From positions 416,001 through 480,000 of the forward strand of contig CAWHIJ010000003.1 of the NCBI GenBank assembly GCA_963829525.1: a DNA stretch of 64,000 nt, in the 5' to 3' direction. A program made the position numbers and the translations under genes. Below the pieces are notes generated by a model. The model ran no database searches and had not been told where the DNA came from. It saw only the letters and a list, made by a program, of their open reading frames with translations. Position 1 is the first letter of the stretch; each line of letters starts with the position of its first letter. This document shows positions 20,183 to 29,403 of this stretch, one piece after another. Origin of the DNA: an uncultured Actinomycetota bacterium (GTDB lineage: Bacteria > Actinomycetota > Actinomycetes > JAHEKZ01).

Positions 20183-20584
20183 TTAGCCGAACCCGGCCAG
20201 CAGCTCGAAGGTGCAGAGTGGGCCCGTGGCGCGGCTCAGGCGCCGGTCCGCCGTGAACAAAGGAGCGTCGAGCGCCTCGGCGAGGGCAACGTACGCGGCG
20301 TCGTAGGTGGTCAGGTTCGGGCGCAGCTCCCACACTCGCGGCAGCAGGTGCGTGTGCCTCGCGCTCTGGACGGGAAGGTCCAGCAGATCGTCAAGTGCCA
20401 GTGCGGCGCGGCGAGGTGGCGCGTGGCCACGGTTGACGAGCCGTCGGAGGGCCGAGGCGACTTCGAGGTAGACCAGTTCTGGTGCGGCGAGTTCCTCGCC
20501 GCGCAGTCGGTGTCGTGCTTGGTCGCCGAGCGCCGTGTCGTCGACGAGAGCGACGACGAGCACGCTCGCGTCAGCGACGATCAC
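20183..20584 (-). CDS. vapC: VapC family PIN-domain toxin
   Basis: IVADASVL, APEL.YLEV, TTYDAAYVALAE, TADRRL. Confidence 0.9.
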   Translation of the reverse strand: MIVADASVLVVALVDDTALGDQARHRLRGEELAAPELVYLEVASALRRLVNRGHAPPRRAALALDDLLDLPVQSARHTHLLPRVWELRPNLTTYDAAYVALAEALDAPLFTADRRLSRATGPLCTFELLAGFG

Positions 20585-20801
20585 GGTCTTCGTGGAGAGC
20601 TGCGAGGACCTCGTCGAGAGGTGCAGTGCCGCCCGCCCGGCCACCAGCTCGGTCGAGCACCTCGTCGACCGTCGGGCGACTGGCCTGCTCGATCAACCAG
20701 CTGCGCAGGTATTCCTGCAGTGACTGGTGGGCCGCGGCGGCCCGTCGGCGCAGCACGGCGTGGGTCGCTTCGGGGACGTCCTTGATCTGAATGCTGGGCA
20801 T
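20571..20801 (-). CDS. FitA-like RHH antitoxin (VapB)
   Basis: MPSIQIKDVPEATHAVLRRRAA..QSLQEYL; overlaps the vapC start. Confidence 0.88.
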   Translation of the reverse strand: MPSIQIKDVPEATHAVLRRRAAAAHQSLQEYLRSWLIEQASRPTVDEVLDRAGGRAGGTAPLDEVLAALHEDRDRR

Positions 20802-20819
20802 GGCGCCATTTTGGCGCCA
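20801..20819. promoter_or_regulatory. Candidate vapBC autoregulatory operator
   Basis: Two palindromic TGGCGCCA octamers 11 bp apart, directly at the start codon and -10. Confidence 0.55.
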
Positions 20820-20850
20820 CTTGCGTCGGATCACAAGTGACTGTCCTCGG

Positions 20851-21417
20851 TCATGGCCCGTTTGGTGATGGCAAGGACGCCGCTTCCCGGGCCGAGCTCA
20901 CACGTGAGGGCAGACCCGTCTCGCCATATCCGCACCCCACGCACTGCGCCACGACCACCGATCGCACCTCCCCGTCCTCGACCATGACGAGCGTTAGGCG
21001 TCCGGTGTAGTCGCTCTCGAGCGCGACCGCTCCGAGCAGCTCATGGTCGAAGGTGAACTCCGCGAACCGAGGGTCGCCCTCGTGAAGGCGAGCGGCGTCG
21101 GGTGTCAAGAAGTGGTCGAGCAGATGCTGCAGGCACTCGAGTGGACGCCATATGCCGTCACGGTCTTTGGTGTGCATTGATTCGCCGCTGAAGTCTGGCC
21201 CCCACGAGATTTCATCGCGGCCGGAGATCACGTAGTCGCCGTCGTCGGCCGCCGCGAACGCACGCCGCTCCGCCAAGAGCGGGTGGTCGTCCACGTGATT
21301 CGGGTCGCCTGCGACGCTCGTCCTCGTTTCCGCGTAGGCGGCTAGGTACTGCTGCTCAGCAGTGTTCAGCGGCGGGACGATGTCGAGGTGGCCGAGGCCA
21401 TGGATGCGTTCGCCCAT
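20851..21417 (-). CDS. Hypothetical protein
   Basis: AAGGAG RBS then MGERIHGLGHLDIVPPLN...; protein-like composition. Confidence 0.6.
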   Translation of the reverse strand: MGERIHGLGHLDIVPPLNTAEQQYLAAYAETRTSVAGDPNHVDDHPLLAERRAFAAADDGDYVISGRDEISWGPDFSGESMHTKDRDGIWRPLECLQHLLDHFLTPDAARLHEGDPRFAEFTFDHELLGAVALESDYTGRLTLVMVEDGEVRSVVVAQCVGCGYGETGLPSRVSSAREAASLPSPNGP

Positions 21418-21531
21418 GAGGTGCTCCTTTCGTCGGAGCGAAAGCCTGGCGGCGAGGGGAGCGTTCGGCCAGCGGATCGGGTCGCCTGTGGATATCCGGT
21501 GGCGGCGCACCATCTCCGGCACTCTCGCGTC

Positions 21532-21984
21532 ATGACATTTCGCGACCTTGACCCCTGGGACTTCGCTGATCCCGAGCGGCTGCTCCACGACATCGCTGCC
21601 CGAACACCCCTTCAGGCGCATCAACCGATCCTTGCTCTGGTCGCGGACGCCGCAGGTAGCTGCGAGCTGATCGACTGCACCTGCGTGGAGGTCGCACCCG
21701 GGACGCACTGGCACGACGCGTCGGACATCCTGCGTGCCGCCGCGGAACGTTTGCCCCTGCCGAACGACTGGGACACACCCCGGACCGGCCTGCTGCTCGT
21801 CGCGCCACGGCCTGGTCGGGTCGTGTTCGGGCCGGCCGAGGGGTACTGGCTTCGCGCCTGTCGGTACATCAACCTCGGACGCCTGATCTTCGGGCCCGAT
21901 CTGGCGCTGGTCACCGAGCACGGGTGGCGCATCTTCCTGCAGGAGGCGTGCGGAGGCGCTCCGCGCGTGGAACATCGTGGCTGA
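21532..21984 (+). CDS. Hypothetical protein
   Basis: Leaderless-type start after CACTCT, 150 aa, ends LVTEHGWR-like; divergent from the previous gene. Confidence 0.6.
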   Translation: MTFRDLDPWDFADPERLLHDIAARTPLQAHQPILALVADAAGSCELIDCTCVEVAPGTHWHDASDILRAAAERLPLPNDWDTPRTGLLLVAPRPGRVVFGPAEGYWLRACRYINLGRLIFGPDLALVTEHGWRIFLQEACGGAPRVEHRG

Positions 21985-22341
21985 GCTGCTCGAGCACGAG
22001 CTGGGGTTAGGAAGCGAGGTAGTACTCAGCCCCCAAGATGGGCTCGTCACTCAGGCCCGTCCGGACTTCGTGTTCTGGCTGGACGAGGGCCGCGGAATCA
22101 CGACCGCAAGGATATGTGGAAGGCCCATATCTCACCTGATACCCAGCATCTGTTTCTCGTAGTGCCGCAGGCGAACTGGGGTGTGGGAGGGCGAGCCCGT
22201 GAGAAGCCTTTCCCGAGGGTGGCGTATCGGTTGGCTGCATTCTTCGGAGATGCACGTCGAGAGCTAGATGTCGTCAGCGCGCACATCTTCGGATACGGGC
22301 AACTGGACGGGCCGGTCACGGACGTCGACCCGGAGATCTAG
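21977..22341 (+). pseudogene. Fragmented hypothetical gene, possibly PD-(D/E)xK nuclease-like
   Basis: Two overlapping frames (...ARPDFVFWLDEGRG / NHDRKDMWKAHISPDTQHLFLVVP...) joined out of frame. Confidence 0.4.
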
Positions 22342-23150
22342 TCCTGCGCGTCCTTGAGGACGTTACGCGCGAGGCGTACAAGAGGTTCGTCGATCATGAG
22401 TCCCTCGACAACTTCGACGCCCCCACCATTCACTGCGTCGAGGACTTGCCTCGCCCACTTCACTTGGTCCGATGAGGGCTCCCAGGTCGCCCTGATGGTC
22501 TCAACCTGGTTGGGATGAATGCAGGCCTTACCTGCGAAGCCAGACGCTGCGGCATCCCGCGATTCTCGCTGGAGTGGCTGATTGCTGTGGAGGTCGAGAA
22601 CGACCGCATCGATAGCGGCGACGCCTTGTGCTCCTGCGGCCAACAGCACCATTGACCGTGCTTGCTGTGCGACGTCGAGGTAGGAGCTATCCGCGCGTCG
22701 GCTTGATCGCCCCCCCAGCGAGACGATCAGGTCCTCCGCCCCCCACATCAGCGCCACCACGCACGGCACCTCCGCGATAGCCGGTGCCCGAAGCACTCCA
22801 CGCGCCGTTTCGCACAGCGCGATCACCTCAAATCGATCCAACTGCGCGATTGCCTCGGGATCCTCGGCCTTAGGCACCATGATCCGGCCGTACGCCGTCT
22901 GCTCGAGCGCCTCGAGATCCAGCGCATAATCCGGCGTCCCGATCGCATTAACCCGCACGATGACCGCGTCCGGATCCACGGGGTTGTCGATCAACGCCTG
23001 GCGCGCGGAGGCCTTGTCTGCAGGGGCGACGGCATCCTCGAGGTCGAGGATCGCGAAGTCGGCCGCATCCAGTGCCTTCTGGTACCGGTCCGGCCGCGAC
23101 GCCGGACAGAACAAGTACGCGGGCCCGGACTCCGGCGCGATCGGCTTCAT
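22338..23150 (-). CDS. CitE/HpcH family CoA ester lyase
   Basis: LFCPASRPDRY, DLEDAV, PKAE, CETARG, WGAEDL, GKACIHPNQ, MIDEP. Confidence 0.9.
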   Translation of the reverse strand: MKPIAPESGPAYLFCPASRPDRYQKALDAADFAILDLEDAVAPADKASARQALIDNPVDPDAVIVRVNAIGTPDYALDLEALEQTAYGRIMVPKAEDPEAIAQLDRFEVIALCETARGVLRAPAIAEVPCVVALMWGAEDLIVSLGGRSSRRADSSYLDVAQQARSMVLLAAGAQGVAAIDAVVLDLHSNQPLQRESRDAAASGFAGKACIHPNQVETIRATWEPSSDQVKWARQVLDAVNGGGVEVVEGLMIDEPLVRLARNVLKDAQD

Positions 23151-23629
23151 CGTGGGTTCATCTTCCACAGCACGTTCCTCGTCGCCTGCACGACGAGCTC
23201 ACCGTTCTGGTTGCGCCCCTCGTGTTGCAGGGTGACGACTCCCTGACCGCTGCGGCTCATCGATGGTCGCTTGTTCACCACCACAGTCTCGGCATGCAGC
23301 GTGTCACCGTGAAACAGGGGCGCCGGGAAGGAGACCTCGTCGAACCCAAGGTTGGCGACCAGGGTTCCCTGCGTCAGCTGGTTTACGGACAGTCCCACCA
23401 CCATCGCCAGCGTCATCATGCTGTTGACGAGCCGGCCACCGAACTCCTGCTGAGCGGCATACGTCTCGTCGACATGAACCGCTTGCTGATTCATCGTGAG
23501 CGCGCTGAAGAGGGTGTTGTCGGCCTCACCGATGGTGCGCCCCGGCGCGTGGACGTAGCGCGCTCCGACCGTTAGCTCTTCGAACCAGAGACCACGCTGC
23601 CGCACGACCTCTTCCGACGCGTCTTCCAT
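23147..23629 (-). CDS. MaoC family (R)-specific enoyl-CoA hydratase/dehydratase
   Basis: GLWFEEL, RTIGEADN, MNQQAVH, ANLGF, PLFHGDTL. Confidence 0.9.
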   Translation of the reverse strand: MEDASEEVVRQRGLWFEELTVGARYVHAPGRTIGEADNTLFSALTMNQQAVHVDETYAAQQEFGGRLVNSMMTLAMVVGLSVNQLTQGTLVANLGFDEVSFPAPLFHGDTLHAETVVVNKRPSMSRSGQGVVTLQHEGRNQNGELVVQATRNVLWKMNPR

Positions 23630-23653
23630 ACCGTCCTCCGTTGCGTTCTGGTC

Positions 23654-24091
23654 TCAGGCCCTGGCACGAAGCTGCTGTAGCTTTTCCTGACACTGCTCGG
23701 ACACCTCAGCGAGCTCGTCCAGCGTGCGCGCTATGTCGCGTTGCCGCGCAGTCAGCTCAATGCTGATCTCCCCGACCCGTGACACGACTCGCTCCAGCTG
23801 CCGGATTCTGCTTGACTCCGCTCCGTCATACATCGAGAGGATCTCAGCAATCTCGGGTAGCGACATGCCAAATCGCTTACCCCGCAGAATTAGCTGCATG
23901 CGCGTCCGGTCGCGACGTGTGTAGGTCCGCGAGCCGCCAGGCCCGCGGATTGGGTCGATCAGGCCCTCGGACTCGTAGAAGCGCAGAGTCCGCGGTGTCA
24001 CGTCGAGCTCGGCGGCGAGGTCGCCGATCGACCAGGTTTCTCGGGACGCGGAAAGAACCTCGTCCTGGGCCTTGCCAACGGTAGGGGGCAT
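23654..24091 (-). CDS. MerR family regulator (LiuR-like)
   Basis: WSIGDLAAELDVTPRTLRFYE, LILRGKRFGMSL.EI; LiuR-type box upstream. Confidence 0.88.
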   Translation of the reverse strand: MPPTVGKAQDEVLSASRETWSIGDLAAELDVTPRTLRFYESEGLIDPIRGPGGSRTYTRRDRTRMQLILRGKRFGMSLPEIAEILSMYDGAESSRIRQLERVVSRVGEISIELTARQRDIARTLDELAEVSEQCQEKLQQLRARA

Positions 24092-24104
24092 GGGGTTAGC
24101 CTGA

Positions 24105-24126
24105 TTGACGTTAACGTAAACGTCAA
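24105..24126. promoter_or_regulatory. LiuR-type operator between divergent units
   Basis: TTGACGTTAACGTAAACGTCAA, a near-perfect palindrome built of TnnACG hexamers. Confidence 0.8.
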
Positions 24127-24146
24127 GCAGGCGGGCGGGTGAGGGC

Positions 24147-25332
24147 ATGGGCTTCGAGCTGACTGACGAGCAGCGGGCGCTGCGCGACCTGGTGCGCGAC
24201 TTCGCGAAGGCCGAGATCACCCCGCACGCGGCCGACTGGGACCGCACCCGCACTTTCCCGGTCGACCTCATCCCCAAGCTCGGCGACCTCGGGCTCTTCG
24301 GGCTCACCGCCCCCGAGCAGTACGGCGGCGCCGCGGCTGACTTCACCTCCCTGTGTCTGGCCGTCGAAGAGCTCGGCCGCGCCGACCAGTCGATCGGGAT
24401 CACGCTTGTCGGCCGCGGTCGGTCTCGGCATCAACCCGATCCTCACTTTCGGCAGTGACGAGCAGCGCGACCGGTGGCTGCCCGACCTTGTCGCCGGACG
24501 CGCGCTCGCCGCCTTCGGGCTCACCGAGCCGGACGCCGGCACCGACGCGGGCGCGACCCGCACACACGCCGAACTGCACGACGGTGACTGGGTCATCAAC
24601 GGCACGAAGGCGTTCATCACCAACTCCGGCACCGCAATCACGTCGTGCGTCACGATCACTGTGCGCACTGGGTCGCTCGACGACGGGCGACCCGAGATCT
24701 CGACGTTGATCGTGCCGTCCGGCACGCCGGGCTTCACCGTCGAACCCGCCTACGACAAGCTCGGCTGGCACGCGTCCGACACCCACGGACTCACCTTCGA
24801 AGACTGCCGCGTCCCCGAGGACGCGCTCCTCGGTCCCCGGGGTGACGGCCTGCGCCAGATGCTCGGCATCCTCGACGACGGGCGCATCGCGATCGCCGCA
24901 CTGTCGGTCGGTTTGATCGCCGCGTGCCTCGACGAGTGCGTCGCTTACGCCGGGACGCGCACGACGTTCGGCCAACCGATCGGATCGCGCCAGGGGGTCG
25001 CGTTTCCGCTCAGTGACCTTGCCGTCGACCTCGAGGCGGCGCGCCTGCTCACCTACCAGGCGGCGTCGCTCAAGGACGCCGGACGCGGTCGCGCCGAGGT
25101 GTCGAAGGCCGCCGCCATCGCCAAGCTCTTCGCCACCGAGGCGGCGGTGAAGGCCACCCGCACCGCGACGCAGGTCTTCGGCGGCTATGGCTTCATGGAG
25201 GAGTCACCGGTGGCCCGGCTCTACCGCGACGCGAAGATCCTGGAGGTCGGCGAGGGCACGTCAGAGGTGCAGCGCATGGTGATCGCCCGCCATCTCGGAC
25301 TCCCGCTCACGACGGGGTCAGCGGCCTCATGA
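24147..25332 (+). CDS. Acyl-CoA dehydrogenase (FadE19/YngJ-like); +1 frameshift near 24406, likely sequencing error
   Basis: N-part EQYGG...EELGRADQSIGITL, then FGLTEPDAGTD, NGTKAFITN, YRDAKILEVGEGTSEVQR in the shifted frame. Confidence 0.9.
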
Positions 25333-26780
25333 CCGAGTACGAACGACTCACCGCACGCCAACGCGTCGCCTTGCTCTTCGACGCCAGCACTTTCGTCGAG
25401 GACGGCGCACTGGCGAACGCGCTTGCCGAGGGTCTGCCCGCCGACGGAGTGGTGACCGGGCAGGGGCTCGTCGAGGGGCGTCCCGCGCTCGTCGTCGCCA
25501 ACGACTGGACGGTGAAGGCGGGCTCGTGGGGAGCGCGCACCGTCGAGAAGATCGTCCGCGTGACCGAGCGAGCACTCGCCGCAGAGCTGCCGATCTTCTG
25601 GTTCATCGACTCCGCTGGTGCGCGGATCACCGACCAGGTCGACCTCTTCCCAGGACGGCGCGGCGCAGGGCGGATCTTCGCCAACCAGGTCGCGCTGTCG
25701 GGGCGAGTGCCACAGATCTGCTGCTTGTTCGGTCCGTCCGCCGCCGGTGGCGCGTACATCCCTGCATTCTGCGATGTCGTGTTCATGGTGGAGGAGCGCG
25801 CCTCCATGTACCTCGGGTCGCCGCGCATGGCCGAGGTCGTGATCGGTGAGACGGTGACGCTGGAGGAGATGGGCGGCGCGCGCATGCACGCCACCGTCTC
25901 CGGTTGCGGCGACAACCTGGTCGCGGATGACCGCGAGGCGATCGAGGACGCCAAGTACTACTTCAGCTACCTGCCGACTCATTGGCGCGATGGGCCACCG
26001 CGCTACGACCCGCAAGAGCCAGCTACCGAACTCGCCGCGTCGGTCATCCCGCAGTCGGAGTCGGCGCCGTTCGACATGCACGCCGTGATCGACGGCCTCG
26101 TCGACGCGGAATCCTTCCTCGAGCTCAAGCCCTTGTTCGCGGCCGAGCTGGTCACCGGTCTGGCGCGGATCGACGGACGCGCCGTCGGGGTCGTCGCGAA
26201 CAACTCGGCGGTGCGCGGCGGCGTGCTGTTCAACGACTCCGCCGACAAGGCGGCGCGCTTCATCTGGTTCTGCGACGCGTTCAACATCCCGCTGCTCTAC
26301 CTCGCCGACGTGCCCGGCTTCATGATCGGTGCGCAGGTGGAGCGGCAGGGCATCATCCGGCACGGCGCCAAGATGATCACCGCTGTTGCCGAGGCGACGG
26401 TGCCGCAGATCTCGGTGATCGTCCGTAAGGCTTATGGCGCCGGCCTCTATGCCATGGGTGGGCCCGGGTTCAGCCCGGACGCGTGCCTGGCACTGCCGTC
26501 GGCGCACATCGCGGTGATGGGCCCCGACGCCGCAGTGAACGCGGTCTACGCCAAGAAGATCGAGGCGATCTCGGACGAAGAAGAGCGCGCGACCTACGTC
26601 GCCGCGAAGCGCGCCGAGTACGAGGAGGACGTCGACCTGATGCGTCTGGCGTCCGACCTGGTGATCGACGGCATCGTGGAGGCAGCTGACCTGCGCGCCG
26701 AGCTCGTGCGCCGCTACGCCGCACTCGACGGCAAGCACCGGCCGCTGCCCGAGAAGCGCCACGGCGTCCCCCCTGGGTGA
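25329..26780 (+). CDS. Acyl-CoA carboxylase carboxyltransferase (beta) subunit, methylcrotonyl-CoA carboxylase/YngE-like
   Basis: DSAGARI, GPSAAGGAYIPAFCD, DVPGFMIG, IIRHGAK, RKAYGAG. Confidence 0.92.
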   Translation: MTEYERLTARQRVALLFDASTFVEDGALANALAEGLPADGVVTGQGLVEGRPALVVANDWTVKAGSWGARTVEKIVRVTERALAAELPIFWFIDSAGARITDQVDLFPGRRGAGRIFANQVALSGRVPQICCLFGPSAAGGAYIPAFCDVVFMVEERASMYLGSPRMAEVVIGETVTLEEMGGARMHATVSGCGDNLVADDREAIEDAKYYFSYLPTHWRDGPPRYDPQEPATELAASVIPQSESAPFDMHAVIDGLVDAESFLELKPLFAAELVTGLARIDGRAVGVVANNSAVRGGVLFNDSADKAARFIWFCDAFNIPLLYLADVPGFMIGAQVERQGIIRHGAKMITAVAEATVPQISVIVRKAYGAGLYAMGGPGFSPDACLALPSAHIAVMGPDAAVNAVYAKKIEAISDEEERATYVAAKRAEYEEDVDLMRLASDLVIDGIVEAADLRAELVRRYAALDGKHRPLPEKRHGVPPG

Positions 26781-26899
26781 AAACCGCCACGGCGGCGCCA
26801 CAGGCTGATTCGTGCTGCGCCTGCGGAGCATTACCCATGTCCGAGGTGGGTGATCCTCCGCAAACGGCGAACGTCGAATCGTTGAAGCAACAGTGGGTG

Positions 26900-26925
26900 G
26901 TTTAAGCCGCCGCCTCCCGGGGAAC
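26900..26925 (+). promoter_or_regulatory. SigB/SigF-type stress promoter
   Basis: GTTT-N16-GGGAAC about 75 nt upstream of the operon. Confidence 0.55.
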
Positions 26926-27001
26926 TCACATGGTCGGCGGGTCAATCGAGACCCGGCCCAGTGAACGGGCGCAAGCTCGCCTTCCCCAATCGGAGGATCT
27001 A

Positions 27002-27706
27002 ATGACACAGCAGTCTGGAGCGACCAACGGTCTTACGGGTGAGCAGACGCAGAGTCGTCCCCTCTCAGGAGCTGGCGCACACCGCAGCTCGAACGTGGTC
27101 ATTGACGACACCCGGGAGTCAACGTCGGAGCGGGAGTATCGCGACCATGACGACAGCACTCGCGGCGTCGCATTACCCACGGGCAGCCGAATCCGCGGTG
27201 GCCCCGTCTGGGCCGGATTCGTGATCGGCTTCGCTACCTGGATCTTGCTCGAGCTCGCCCTCTTCGCGCTTGACCTCGGCGCTCTCGCGGCCAACGTCGT
27301 GCCAAGCGCCGACAACTCCGCGTGGTGGTGGTCGGGTATCGCCGGCGCCATCGCGTTTTTCCTCGGTGGGTTGGTCGCTGGAGCGTCCAACACATCCGAC
27401 GACGTCTCGGACGGCCTGCTGCACGGCATCACAGTGTGGAGCCTGACCGTTGTCGTGCTGATCGCTCTGTCGGCTACAGGTGCGGGCATCGGCTTCGGGG
27501 TCTTTGGTGACATCCTCGCGACCACTCCTTCATTGGCTGACGCCAGTAGCTCGGCCATCAACGACGCTCAGTCCGCTGCAGGAGCAGCGCTACTGGCATT
27601 GACCGTGGCTTTGGTGGCTGCCGCCCTTGGGGGCGCCCTCGGAGCCAAGATCTGGCCGCGGAACGACGACGTCGTCGACCTGCGCGACCGCCGCTACGTC
27701 CGCTAA
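27002..27706 (+). CDS. Membrane protein (4 TM, stress-associated type)
   Basis: GGAGG RBS; IRGGPVWAG, AFFLGGLVAG, GLLHGITVW. Confidence 0.75.
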   Translation: MTQQSGATNGLTGEQTQSRPLSGAGAHRSSNVVIDDTRESTSEREYRDHDDSTRGVALPTGSRIRGGPVWAGFVIGFATWILLELALFALDLGALAANVVPSADNSAWWWSGIAGAIAFFLGGLVAGASNTSDDVSDGLLHGITVWSLTVVVLIALSATGAGIGFGVFGDILATTPSLADASSSAINDAQSAAGAALLALTVALVAAALGGALGAKIWPRNDDVVDLRDRRYVR

Positions 27707-27739
27707 GTACCTGTCAGATCTACCAGCAAGGAGAAGCAA

Positions 27740-28906
27740 ATGTCTCAACGCTCTGAACGTCGGCTATCGAAAGCCGCAGCGGCGGGGATCAAGGAACTGC
27801 CGACCAACACTGCCTGGCTGATTTCAAAGGCGTTTGCCCCGGTTGCTCAGGGCACCGCAAGCGTGACGAGCACGGTGGGTGAGAGCGTCTCCGAACTTGC
27901 CTCATCGGCCGCCGAGTCGGTTGTCGCCGGCAGTCGTCGCACGGCCGAGCGGGCCATCGGGACGGTGTCGGGGAACCACTCGACGGCGGATCTGATGGCG
28001 CGGGCCGAGCGGGCTGCTCAACGAGCGCAGGAGAAGGAGTCACGAGCGCTTCTGCTCGCACAGCAGGCCAAGGACGACGCCGCCACCGCCCGCAAGACTG
28101 CGACGGCTGCAACGGCCATGCAGGAGCGGGCGCAGCGTGATGCGGAAGAGAACATTGCGTTACGTGTGGAACAGGCTGAGCGTGAGGCAGGCGCAGCGGT
28201 TGCCGAGGTCGTAAGAGAGCGTGAAGAGCGAGAGCAGCGCGCTCGTGCGGCTGCCGAGCAGCACATTAAGGGCGTGCGATCCGAGGTAGAGGCTGCTGCC
28301 CAGAAGGAGTTGGCCAAAATCACTGCGAGCGCACAACATCAGGCACAGCAGGCGCACCAGCAGGCGGAGGAGTCCGAAACACGCGCCACCATTGCGATCG
28401 AGGACGCCAGGGCCGCACTCGCCGATGCTGAAGAGCTGGCCAACCAGGCCGCTCATGCGGCAGAGCAGGCGGCTGCCGAGGCCAACCGCGAGGCCGAGCG
28501 CCTGGCTCAAGAGGCCAAGGAGCGCGCACGCGAAGCCAAGAATCGCGCCGCCGAGGCCAATCGAGTTCGCGAGCGGGCCAGCCGGAGCAACGGCAACGGC
28601 GCTTCACCGTCGAACGGCCGAACCCCATCGAACGGCCGAACCCCGTCGAACGGCGGAGCGCTGGTGATCGACGACGAAGAGCAGCTCAGAGCACTTACGA
28701 AGCAAGATCTCGTCGCCTTCGCGCAGGAGCTTGATCTGGAGGCGGCGGCGTCCATGAACAAGGCCGAACTCGTGCGTGTGCTCGCCAGTGAGGGCGTCCC
28801 GGTCGATCTCTTGACCAAGCGGGATCTGCTGCGTCTGGCCGAAAGTCAGGGCATCGAGGTGCGGACCTCGATGAGCAAGCCAGAGCTGATCGAGTCCATC
28901 TCGTAG
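27740..28906 (+). CDS. Ala/Glu/Gln-rich coiled-coil protein with two C-terminal Rho-N-like helical repeats
   Basis: Long heptad region; LTKQDL..FAQELDL...SMNKAELV and LTKRDL..LAESQGI...SMSKPELI. Confidence 0.75.
   Translation: MSQRSERRLSKAAAAGIKELPTNTAWLISKAFAPVAQGTASVTSTVGESVSELASSAAESVVAGSRRTAERAIGTVSGNHSTADLMARAERAAQRAQEKESRALLLAQQAKDDAATARKTATAATAMQERAQRDAEENIALRVEQAEREAGAAVAEVVREREEREQRARAAAEQHIKGVRSEVEAAAQKELAKITASAQHQAQQAHQQAEESETRATIAIEDARAALADAEELANQAAHAAEQAAAEANREAERLAQEAKERAREAKNRAAEANRVRERASRSNGNGASPSNGRTPSNGRTPSNGGALVIDDEEQLRALTKQDLVAFAQELDLEAAASMNKAELVRVLASEGVPVDLLTKRDLLRLAESQGIEVRTSMSKPELIESIS
28607..28654 (+). repeat. 18-bp tandem repeat (about 2.7 copies) encoding a PSNGRT linker
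   Basis: CCRTCGAACGGCCGAACC at 28607 and 28625, partial at 28643. Confidence 0.85.
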
Positions 28907-28951
28907 CACCTGTTGCTGCGAATCATCGAACAACCAAGGGATCGAGGAATC

Positions 28952-29131
28952 ATGGGACTGTTTACGCCGAAGAGTAAGAAAGACATGGCCATCGAAGCTG
29001 CCACCGCCGCAGTGACCAGCGGAGGTGCGATACGCGCGGTCAAGGTGGTCGGGGGCGCAGTCGCCGGCCTCGTCACAGTTACCGCCGCGAGTGCCGCGAT
29101 CTCGGCGGCTCGCGAGCAGAAGCCGTCGTGA
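28952..29131 (+). CDS. Small hypothetical membrane-associated protein
   Basis: GAGGA RBS, GTGA coupling to the next gene, hydrophobic AASAAISAAR segment. Confidence 0.6.
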   Translation: MGLFTPKSKKDMAIEAATAAVTSGGAIRAVKVVGGAVAGLVTVTAASAAISAAREQKPS

Positions 29132-29403
29132 AACTGACGAGCCTGGCGCTGTTCGGTGCAGGTTACGTGCTCGGCACCAAGGCCGGTCGTGAACGGTACG
29201 AGCAGATCCTGGAGCTGACCACCAAGGCGGCCCGCAACAACCTTGGGCAGAAAAGCGCCCGGGACCGAATCATCGAGTACGCCAACGGCGGCGAGCCGTT
29301 GGTGCCGGCATTCGGTGGGTCGGGCGGCTTCTTTGCACGTACTGCCAGCAGCGATCTGAACGGGTCGTCGTCGGCGTCCACCGAACAGCGCACTGGTCAC
29401 TGA
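29128..29403 (+). CDS. YtxH-like small protein
   Basis: GAGYVLGTKAGRERYEQI motif. Confidence 0.75.
   Translation: MKLTSLALFGAGYVLGTKAGRERYEQILELTTKAARNNLGQKSARDRIIEYANGGEPLVPAFGGSGGFFARTASSDLNGSSSASTEQRTGH

Noticed and set aside
24147-25332. Programmed frameshifting or true pseudogenisation of the acyl-CoA dehydrogenase and pntB
   Set aside because: No slippery heptamer and no further decay; the window-wide indel pattern favours sequencing error.
25221-27008. Long antisense ORFs (595 aa here; also 55875-57539, 42991-44112, 8168-9298, 58575-59783, 62920-63720)
   Set aside because: Shadow frames of well-supported genes, expected in high-GC DNA.
28607-28654. Tandem repeat as a CRISPR array or SOS half-sites (TCGAAC)
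   Set aside because: In-frame coding repeat with no spacers, no cas genes and no matching GTTCGA half-site.
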